DNA of 64,000 bases from positions 322,186 through 386,185 of the forward strand of contig JAZKFH010000019.1 of the NCBI GenBank assembly GCA_040386535.1, written 5' to 3'. A program made the translations under genes and the position numbers. This DNA comes from Myxococcota bacterium (lineage in GTDB: Bacteria; Myxococcota_A; UBA796; SXON01). Within the stretch, counting starts at the first letter, position 1. Each line of letters begins with the position of its first letter. The notes beneath the pieces are model-generated. The model had not been told where the DNA came from. It saw only the letters and a program-made list of their open reading frames with translations, and ran no database searches. This document shows positions 29,681 through 37,604 of this stretch, piece by piece.

Positions 29681-32143
29681 GTGCTCGCGCTCATCGTCGG
29701 AGCCCTCGCCGCCGAGGTGCTCCTGTACGCCCCGAACGGCGCACCAGAGCCCGGGCGTGCCGCGACGCTCGAGGTCGCGGTGACCGAGGGCATGGCCCCC
29801 GTGGAGGGCGCCGAGGTCGTGCTCGCCGGGCCCGCCGGGGATCTCGTGGCGCCGGCCGGGGAGGTCGCGCCCGGGCGCTACCGGTTCCTCTACACGCCCG
29901 CGCTCGGCCCGGTGGCGGGAGACAGCGTCGCGAACGTGACCGTTCAGGTAGGGAGCGGCCCGCCGACGCCTCTTGTGGTGCCGCTGGCCACGCCGCCGCC
30001 CGCGACCTACGGCCCGCCCGCCGAGATCGACGCCCTCGTGGGAACACCCCGGATCGAGATGCGTTTTCCGCGCGTCGACGGGCGGTTCGTGCCTGGGACG
30101 CGCCTCGCCCGGGTGTCGGAGGGCCGCGTGCTCGAGGTGCGGGACGATCCCGACGGGGTGGTGGTCGTCGTCGAGCCCGGCGCCGAGCGCACCGCCCGGA
30201 TGCTCGCCGTCGCCCTGCTCGACGTGGAGGATCCGCGCGCCACGCCCACGTTCGGGCTCGTCCGGCTCCGCGCGCGCCCGCAGCTCACGCTCACCGCCGA
30301 TCCCGGCAGCACGGTGACGGTCCGCGTGGGAAAGCGCAGCTACGGGCCGTTCGTCGCGAACGCGGCGGGCACGGCCGCGGTGTCGTTCGACGCGTGGCCC
30401 GGCGAGTCCTCCTACGAGCTCGCCGTGGCGGACGATCTCGGCAACACCCAGCGCTCCCAGGGGCCGCTCCCCGTCGCGACCCGGCCCGTGCTCGTCGGCA
30501 TCGAGGCGGCGCTCTCCGGGCAGCGCGGCGCCGATCTCTGGCTCGGCGCCTGGGCGCCGAGCGGCGCGGTATGGACCGGAGGGGCTCCGCTGTGCCGAAC
30601 CGGCGCCGGCGTGCGCACCGAGGCCCTGACCGCCGGCCGGGCCCTGTACCGCACCACGGTCGCCGTCCCCGACGCCGGCGCCTTGTTCGATCCCCGCGTC
30701 GAGTGTGGCCTCGCCGACGCCACCGTGGCGCTGCGGGTGCCGCTCGGCTCCGAGCGCCCGGCCCGCATCGACCTGCGCGTGTACCCCGACACGCTCTCGG
30801 CCGACTTCCCGATCGCCCAGGTCCAGGCGGCCCTGCTCGATCGCCGCGGCGAGCGCCTCCCGCCGGACACGCTCCGCCTGCGCGCGGCCGTGGGGGAGCT
30901 CCAGGTCGAGATGGTGGACGGCGCCTTGCGCGGCGAGTATCGCGGCGCCGCGGCCGTGGAGCGGGGAGGAGACACGCTCGACGCCGCCTGGGATCACCCG
31001 CCCGGCACGGGGCTCGCGTGGGAGCTCGAGGTCCACGCGGCGGCGGACCGGGGGGAGGGTGTGCTCACGACGCTGGTGCGCGCCCTCGATCGGCAGGATC
31101 GGCCGCTCGCGGGGTTGACCGTGCGCGTCCGCCTCGGCGAGCTCGAGGCCCAGAACGTCACGGACACGCGCGGGTGGGCACGGCTCACGTTCCCGGCGGT
31201 GCCGCCGTCCGCGACCCGGGTACGCGCCGCCGCGAGCGGGGTCGTGCGCGAGATCGCGTGGCTGCCGGGCGCGCCGCAGGCGTTGCCCGACCCCGCGGCG
31301 CCCGACGTGCAGGCGAAGATCGAGCTCCCCATCCGGGCCGGCCGGGTCCGCCAGGTGTTCCTCGACGTGTCGCCGCGCCCGCTGCTGACCGGCACCGGCG
31401 CGACCGCCAACGTAGTTGTGCGAATGCTCGACTTCACCGGAAACCCCGTGACCGACGAGCCCGTCACCATCGCCGCGAGCGAGGGCCAGGTGGGCCTGGT
31501 CGAGCCCCAGGCGGACGGTAGCCGCACGGTGACGTACCGCCCGCCGCCCAACGTGTTGTTCGATCGGACCGTGCGGATCACGGCCACGACGACCGCGGGG
31601 ACCGTCTCCACGGACCTCGCGTTGACGCCGCGCCCCGTCAACGGCTCGTTCGGCGTGTCCGCGGGCTGGATCGGCAACCTCGGGGTGGTCTCTTCGCCCG
31701 CGTTGTCCCTCACGTTCAACCAGCGGATCCCGTTCCTCCCGAAGCTCCTCTCTGCCCGCGTCGGCGTGACCGCCTACACGTTCGACGCCGCCGTCGACGA
31801 CATCACCGGGGACACGATCGTGGCGCGCGTCACCCCGGTGCCCATCGACATCGGCCTCGTAGCCACCGAGCGGTCGGGGCGACGCTCGTTGAGCGCCGGA
31901 CTGGCGGCGGTGGTCGCACCCTACGGAATGACGGTCTTGTTCGGAGACGACCGCGGCGTGTCCGGCGTGGGCCTCGCCTCGCCGGGGCTCGTGGTGATGG
32001 GGGGAGGGGGCTACCGCCTCGGCAACTCGGAGCTGTTCGCCGAGGCGCGCTACCTGCTCTTCACCGCCAGCGGCCCCCAGGTGTCGTTCGAGGGTTCGAT
32101 CGGCGGGCTCTCCCTGATGGCCGGATACCGGCTACTCTATTGA
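29681..32143 (+). CDS. Secreted invasin-like Ig-repeat protein with a probable C-terminal beta-barrel
   Basis: Repeated V.ALD..G.P-type Big_1 motifs; C-terminal amphipathic strands ending GYRLLY; start codon uncertain. Confidence 0.7.
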   Translation: MLALIVGALAAEVLLYAPNGAPEPGRAATLEVAVTEGMAPVEGAEVVLAGPAGDLVAPAGEVAPGRYRFLYTPALGPVAGDSVANVTVQVGSGPPTPLVVPLATPPPATYGPPAEIDALVGTPRIEMRFPRVDGRFVPGTRLARVSEGRVLEVRDDPDGVVVVVEPGAERTARMLAVALLDVEDPRATPTFGLVRLRARPQLTLTADPGSTVTVRVGKRSYGPFVANAAGTAAVSFDAWPGESSYELAVADDLGNTQRSQGPLPVATRPVLVGIEAALSGQRGADLWLGAWAPSGAVWTGGAPLCRTGAGVRTEALTAGRALYRTTVAVPDAGALFDPRVECGLADATVALRVPLGSERPARIDLRVYPDTLSADFPIAQVQAALLDRRGERLPPDTLRLRAAVGELQVEMVDGALRGEYRGAAAVERGGDTLDAAWDHPPGTGLAWELEVHAAADRGEGVLTTLVRALDRQDRPLAGLTVRVRLGELEAQNVTDTRGWARLTFPAVPPSATRVRAAASGVVREIAWLPGAPQALPDPAAPDVQAKIELPIRAGRVRQVFLDVSPRPLLTGTGATANVVVRMLDFTGNPVTDEPVTIAASEGQVGLVEPQADGSRTVTYRPPPNVLFDRTVRITATTTAGTVSTDLALTPRPVNGSFGVSAGWIGNLGVVSSPALSLTFNQRIPFLPKLLSARVGVTAYTFDAAVDDITGDTIVARVTPVPIDIGLVATERSGRRSLSAGLAAVVAPYGMTVLFGDDRGVSGVGLASPGLVVMGGGGYRLGNSELFAEARYLLFTASGPQVSFEGSIGGLSLMAGYRLLY

Positions 32144-32147
32144 TGAG

Positions 32148-35100
32148 ATGACGCCCCGCTCGTCCACCCGAGCCGCCTCGCACGACGCGTCCCACGATGC
32201 TTCGCGATGGTCCAGGTTTGTCGCGGTGTTCGTCTGGTTGGCCGGCTGCACGTTGAGCCCGGCGGCGCCTTCCATCGACAGCGTCTCTCCCACCTGGGGC
32301 TACAACGGCGAGCCGACCGAGATCGAGATCTCGGGCGCCCACTTCTTTCCTACCGTGATCGTCGGGGACGTGATCGACCCCGAGGACGACGATGGGCGCG
32401 TCGAGGGCACCTTCCAGGCGTGGCTGGTGGGCGACCAGACGTACGCGCTCGAGGACGTCCAGCACGTCTCGTACGACGTCGTCAGCGCCGAGGTGCCGGA
32501 GGGGGTGCCCATCGGCGTCTACGATCTGCGCGTCGAGGTCCCTTCGGGCCTCGTCACGACCGGGGTCGACCTGTTCACGGTCACCGACACCCGCGCCGAT
32601 CACCTGCACGTCACGGTGGAGGACTTCGCCCCCGCGTACACCGTCGGGGAGGAGGCCGCGTTGACGGTCCGCCTCGAGGATCCAGAGGATCAAGGCGTCC
32701 GGCAGACCCTGGAGGTCGAGATCGTCGCGGTTCCGAGCGATCCGCTCACGAAGGTCAGCTTCGAGCCCGACGGCCTGATCGACCAGGAGACCATCGACGG
32801 CGGCGTGCGCGGCTGGCTCTCCAGCACGGGCGTCGGCCAGGTGAAGGTCACCTCGGAGGTGGTCGACAACATCCTCTTCAAGGTCGACGCGGTCGCGCCG
32901 ACCACCATCGAGGGCGACGAGATCCCGCTCTCCTGGGCGGCGGGTGACGTGGCCTCCGTCGAGGTGCTCCTCCCCTCCGAGAACTTCCAGGCCGTCGCGG
33001 GCGAGCCGTTCGACGTGACCATCCGCTTCCTGGATCCCTTCGGCAACGTGCTCCCCTCCGCCGGCACGACGGTCAACCTCGCGGACGCCTGCACGTCCGG
33101 TTCTGTGACCTCGCCGACCTGGTACGCGTTCGGCGCCGAGGTCGGGGAGGGGGACACGGTCACCATCGAGCTGACCGAGGCCTGCGCCGCGAACAAGATC
33201 CTCGTGAACGCGGTGGAGGGGGTCGGGGAGAGCGACACCTTCGCGGTCATCCCCGCGGAGCACGTCGGCTACACGGTCGCGCCCGTCTACCCCGTCGTGA
33301 CCGCGGGCGCCGAGCTTCCCATCTTCGTCGCCGCGGTGGACGAGTTCGGCAATCTCCTGACCGACCACACGGCGACGCTGACCCTCTACGACGACCTCGG
33401 CGGGCTGGACCCGTGGCGGGCGCGCGGGGAGCAGGTCTGCTCGGGTTTCGTGGCCGGGACGAGCTTCTGTCTCGTCCGCGCCTGGACCGCGGGCACGGAC
33501 GTGGTGATCCGCGCGGTCGACCCCGCCGGCAAGGTCGGCTTTGCCGAGCCCATCGAGATCGTCCCCGCCGAGGCATCGGCCCTCCTCGTCGTGATCGACG
33601 AGCCCTCGGTCGAGGCCGGCGAGACCTTCCCGGTGACCGTGCACGCCCTCGACGCGTACGACAACAGCGTCGAGTTCGATCCCACGGGCGCCGACCCCGT
33701 CGTCTGGAGCGACGACTCCGGCACGATCGCCTGTGTCTGGAGCGGCTCGGACGAGAGCGGCCAGCGGTTCGACTGCACGATCGTGGGGGCCGTCGCCGAC
33801 GCGAACGTCGAGGCGCGGGTGCTCGGGCTCGTCAGCGCCGCGGCCGGCCCTCTCGTCGTGACCAACGCCGCGCTCGCGGACGTGGAGGTCGATCCGCAGG
33901 GCACGACCTTCGTGGCGGGGAGCGCGTTCACCGTCGCGCTTCGCGGATTCGACAGCTTCGGCAACGCCTACCTCGTGCAGACCGATCCCGAGATCGACCT
34001 GACCGACAACGCCGGCACCCTCGTGCCCGACACCGCGGTGCTCGGCCCCGCCGGCACCGTGGAGGTGTCGGCCGTCGTCTACCGCGCCGGCACCGCCGTG
34101 CGCCTGTACGCCTCGCAGGGCGGGGTGGGACTCGGCGCCAGCCGGCCGCTGTTGGTGAGCCCGGACGTGCTCGACAGCCTCCAAGTAGACGCTCCCGCGT
34201 GGGTCTCCGTCGACGAGCCCGCCGCGATCGGCATCACCGCGGTGGACGCCTACGGGAACGCCGTCCCCACCTACGCCGGCAGCGTGACCCTCTCCTCGGC
34301 CGGCGGCGGCTGTGACACCGTGGTGGTGACCGGGTTTTCCGACGGCACCGCGCATGTCGACCTCGACTGCCCGACCCCGCAGCTGTCGGACGAGCTCCGC
34401 GCGACAGACACCGCGGGCTACGCCGGCGAGAGCGACGTGATGGACATCGTCGACCTCGCGTGTGCCGATGGTCCCACCGCCGTGCTGGAGCTCGACGGGG
34501 ACGACGACACCATTCGGTGCCTCGCCGATGGCGCCTCCCTCACCGTCACGGCGGACTCGTCCGGTAGCCTCGCGGGCGCCGACAGCATCGCGGTGCGCCA
34601 CTTCACCGACGTGGAGTCCACCTCCGTCCGCACCCCGTCCGACTCCGCCACCTTCACCTACGACACCACCGGCACCCGGTCGATCGAGGTGCTCGTGGCG
34701 GACGCGCGCGCGTGCGCCGACCTCGCGGTGGGCGAGGCGTACATCGGCTCGAACGACGGCGAGGCCACCGGCCCGATCATCGTGGCCACGTCCGCGCCCA
34801 CGGTGGCCGCCGGGGGCACCCTCACCGTCACGGTGGCCGCCCGCGACTGCACCGAGGACCTCGCGGCGGGCCAGCGGATCCTCGTGCGCGCGGACCTCGG
34901 CTCGGTGGGTGGAACGTCCACCGGGTCGGGGCTCACCGTGACGCTCGACGCGGTGGGCGCGACGATCTTCACCTGGTCGTTCGTGGACAGCGGCTACGCC
35001 GGCATCGCCACGGTGTACGCCGGCTCCGCGGGGGGCGGCGCCATCGGCTCGCGGAGCGTGCTCGTGACGGGAGACTCGGCCCACCCCACCGTCCTGGAGG

Positions 35101-35756
35101 CCACTCCGACGGGGACCCACCTCGGGAGCATCGAGTCGATCACGGTCACGTTCAGCGAGGCGATGACCGCGAGCCTGTTCACCAACCTCTACGTCCCGCT
35201 GACCGGGCCCTCGGGGACCGTGTCTGCCACGTACACGCTCTCGGCGGATGGGACGACCGTCGTGGTCACCCCCAACACGCCCATCGACGGCAGCACGGGG
35301 TCGTACACGTTGAGCCTGTCGCAAAACCTGAGGGACCTCGCGGGCAATCGGCTCGACGGCGGGTGGTCGGGCGTGTGGGGCCCAGCGGTGTTCAGCTTCG
35401 GGAACCTCGTCGACACCGTCCCGGACATCACCGCGTGCGCCGCGAGCGGGACGACGTTCACGCCCGACGGGGACGACGGCGCCGGGAGCGACGCGGACGA
35501 GGTGACCGTCACCCCCACGGCCGCGGGGTCGCCGGCGTGGTGGTGGTTCACCGTCTACGATGCGGACGAGACGCGTGTACGCAGCCATCGCACGCTCGGC
35601 ACGGCGTCTCAGGTGCGCTGGGACGGGCGCGGAGACGACGGGATCCTGCGCGACGCGGGGCCCTACCGCCTCTCGATCAGCGCTATCGACGGCAATGGAA
35701 ACGTGGGAGGGCAGTGTGATGTCACCGTCGATCTCCAGCAGTACGTGGACCCATGA
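32148..35756 (+). CDS. Large acidic surface lipoprotein with IPT/TIG, many Ig-like repeats, Big_5-like and FlgD-Ig-like domains
   Basis: LAGC lipobox, PSIDSVSP, repeated D.FGN/DAYGN motifs, TVTFSEAM...LRDLAGNRLDG, C-terminal WDGRGDDG...GPYRL. Confidence 0.8.
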   Translation: MTPRSSTRAASHDASHDASRWSRFVAVFVWLAGCTLSPAAPSIDSVSPTWGYNGEPTEIEISGAHFFPTVIVGDVIDPEDDDGRVEGTFQAWLVGDQTYALEDVQHVSYDVVSAEVPEGVPIGVYDLRVEVPSGLVTTGVDLFTVTDTRADHLHVTVEDFAPAYTVGEEAALTVRLEDPEDQGVRQTLEVEIVAVPSDPLTKVSFEPDGLIDQETIDGGVRGWLSSTGVGQVKVTSEVVDNILFKVDAVAPTTIEGDEIPLSWAAGDVASVEVLLPSENFQAVAGEPFDVTIRFLDPFGNVLPSAGTTVNLADACTSGSVTSPTWYAFGAEVGEGDTVTIELTEACAANKILVNAVEGVGESDTFAVIPAEHVGYTVAPVYPVVTAGAELPIFVAAVDEFGNLLTDHTATLTLYDDLGGLDPWRARGEQVCSGFVAGTSFCLVRAWTAGTDVVIRAVDPAGKVGFAEPIEIVPAEASALLVVIDEPSVEAGETFPVTVHALDAYDNSVEFDPTGADPVVWSDDSGTIACVWSGSDESGQRFDCTIVGAVADANVEARVLGLVSAAAGPLVVTNAALADVEVDPQGTTFVAGSAFTVALRGFDSFGNAYLVQTDPEIDLTDNAGTLVPDTAVLGPAGTVEVSAVVYRAGTAVRLYASQGGVGLGASRPLLVSPDVLDSLQVDAPAWVSVDEPAAIGITAVDAYGNAVPTYAGSVTLSSAGGGCDTVVVTGFSDGTAHVDLDCPTPQLSDELRATDTAGYAGESDVMDIVDLACADGPTAVLELDGDDDTIRCLADGASLTVTADSSGSLAGADSIAVRHFTDVESTSVRTPSDSATFTYDTTGTRSIEVLVADARACADLAVGEAYIGSNDGEATGPIIVATSAPTVAAGGTLTVTVAARDCTEDLAAGQRILVRADLGSVGGTSTGSGLTVTLDAVGATIFTWSFVDSGYAGIATVYAGSAGGGAIGSRSVLVTGDSAHPTVLEATPTGTHLGSIESITVTFSEAMTASLFTNLYVPLTGPSGTVSATYTLSADGTTVVVTPNTPIDGSTGSYTLSLSQNLRDLAGNRLDGGWSGVWGPAVFSFGNLVDTVPDITACAASGTTFTPDGDDGAGSDADEVTVTPTAAGSPAWWWFTVYDADETRVRSHRTLGTASQVRWDGRGDDGILRDAGPYRLSISAIDGNGNVGGQCDVTVDLQQYVDP

Positions 35757-35772
35757 CGAACCGGAGGATGGC

Positions 35773-36459
35773 GTGAGCGGTCCGTTGGATGCCGCATCGA
35801 ACGAGGCCCTGCGGCTCGCCGAGCTCGGCCTGCTCACCGCGGGGCTCATCCACGAGCTTCGGCAGCCCGTGTTCGCACTCAAGGCGCTCGCACAGCTCGC
35901 GGAGGGGCATCCGTCCAGGGCCCCCGAGTACCTCGCCCAGGTCTTGGCGCAGGTGGGCACCCTCGAGTCCCTGATCGAGGGCTACGCCGACTTCAGCCGT
36001 CGCCCCGTCGGGAGCTGCGAAGTGTTCGAGCTCGCCGCGCCCGTCCGCTCCGCGCTCGTGGTGCTCGAGCACCGCGCCATCGCGTCGCAGGTGCGCATCT
36101 TCATCGACCTCGGCGAGCCCGTGGCCGTGCGGGGCTCGCTCCTCGCCGTGCAGCAGGCGCTGGTGAACCTCGGCCAGAACGCCATCGACGCGCTCAGGGG
36201 CCAGGCCGACGGGTGCCTGCGCATCACCGCCGTCCGGCACCCCGGCGGCGCCGCGATCCGGGTGCAGGACAACGGGCCGGGCCTGCCGCCCCACATCCGG
36301 TCCCACCTGTTCGAGCCGTTCCGGACCACCAAGCCCAGCGGAACCGGCCTCGGCCTCTCCATCTCCCGTGACCTGATGGCGGCGTGCGGCGGGGAGCTCC
36401 GGCTCGCGGAGTCCGAACACGGCACCTGCTGGGAGATCCGGGTCGCGCTGCCGACGTAG
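35773..36459 (+). CDS. Sensor-less cytoplasmic histidine kinase (HisKA-HATPase only)
   Basis: LIHELRQPV, NLGQNAIDA, QDNGPG, LFEPFRTTK, GTGLGL; GTG after GGAGG. Confidence 0.88.
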   Translation: MSGPLDAASNEALRLAELGLLTAGLIHELRQPVFALKALAQLAEGHPSRAPEYLAQVLAQVGTLESLIEGYADFSRRPVGSCEVFELAAPVRSALVVLEHRAIASQVRIFIDLGEPVAVRGSLLAVQQALVNLGQNAIDALRGQADGCLRITAVRHPGGAAIRVQDNGPGLPPHIRSHLFEPFRTTKPSGTGLGLSISRDLMAACGGELRLAESEHGTCWEIRVALPT

Positions 36460-36496
36460 GGCCCGCTACGACGCGGGTTCGGGTTAGGAGCCGCGC

Positions 36497-37021
36497 ATGG
36501 ACGACGACGACTCGAAGAACGTGCCCGAAGCCCACCTCGCGGCGCTCGCGCCCCGCTTCCTGGCGGCGATCCAGAAGCGCGGCGCCGGCCAGGTCGACGC
36601 GGCGCTCGAGGCCTTCGCCGACATCCTCAAGACGGAGCCGCGCATCGCGGAGCCGCGGATGGAGATCGCGCGCATCTACCTCGAGATGGGCCGGCTGGAT
36701 GACGCCGAGGCCGAGGCCCGCGAGGCGATCCGCATCCTCGAGCTCGGCGGCCAATGGACCGAGGATCTCCCCGAGCACGTCGTCCTCGCGGTGGCGTGGG
36801 CGCTGTACGGGGAGATCCTGAAGGAGAAGGCCTCCTCGGACGAGGTGGTCTTCGGCGATCCCGCCGTGTTCACCGGCCTCATCGAGCAGAGCCGCGCCGC
36901 GTTCGCGCGCGCCGCGGAGCTCGACCCGACCGACCAGAACAGCGCCGTGATCGCGATGGAGCTCGGCGACGGCGCGGATGGCCTCGACGACGAGGAGCCC
37001 GAGCCCGAGCCCGACAACTAG
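36497..37021 (+). CDS. TPR protein
   Basis: EPRMEIARIYLEMGRLDDAEAEAREA, AFARAAELDP; SD AGGAG. Confidence 0.75.
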   Translation: MDDDDSKNVPEAHLAALAPRFLAAIQKRGAGQVDAALEAFADILKTEPRIAEPRMEIARIYLEMGRLDDAEAEAREAIRILELGGQWTEDLPEHVVLAVAWALYGEILKEKASSDEVVFGDPAVFTGLIEQSRAAFARAAELDPTDQNSAVIAMELGDGADGLDDEEPEPEPDN

Positions 37022-37548
37022 GCTGGCGCGGCTGCCACCACGTTCAACCGGTTGAGGATCGCGGCGGAGAACGCCTCGAGATCGCCCGGGTTGCGCGACG
37101 TGATGAGGTTGCCGTCCTCCACGACCGGTGAGTCCTCCCAATGCGCGCCGGCGTTGACCAGATCCGCGTGGATGGATGGCCACGAGGTGAGCCGTCGGCC
37201 GTCCACGAGGTCCGCCTCGATGAGCAGGCTGGGCCCGTGACAGACCGCGGCGATGGGGCGGTCCTGGAGGCCGAACTCCCGCACGAACTTCACCATCCCG
37301 ATGTCCAGCCGCAGGTGATCGGGCGAGTACCCGCCGGGGATCACCAGCAGGTCGAAGTCTTCGGGGCGAACCTCGCCGGGGGTGGCGCCGATGCCGACCT
37401 TCTCGCGGCCGCGTTTCCCTTCCACGAAGGCGTTCTTCTTGACGCCGACCAGCGTGATGTCGTGCCCGGCGTCGCGCAGGCGATCGTAGGGCACACGGAA
37501 CTCGTCGTCCTCGAAGTCTTCACCGAGCACAAACGCGATCTTGGCCAT
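37018..37548 (-). CDS. PfpI/DJ-1 family protein (YhbO-like deglycase/protease)
   Basis: FEDDEF..P, IPGGYSPD.LR, AAVCHGP, DGNLITSRNPGDL. Confidence 0.93.
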   Translation of the reverse strand: MAKIAFVLGEDFEDDEFRVPYDRLRDAGHDITLVGVKKNAFVEGKRGREKVGIGATPGEVRPEDFDLLVIPGGYSPDHLRLDIGMVKFVREFGLQDRPIAAVCHGPSLLIEADLVDGRRLTSWPSIHADLVNAGAHWEDSPVVEDGNLITSRNPGDLEAFSAAILNRLNVVAAAPA

Positions 37549-37604
37549 GGTGCCTCCATCCGCTCAATGTGAGGGCGGAGGGGGCGGGCGCCGGTCATGA
37601 TTCG

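Noticed and set aside
32061..35960. 1299-aa minus-strand ORF (likewise 52018..54858, 37569..40313, 56783..59548)
   Set aside because: Antisense shadows of well-supported genes on the opposite strand
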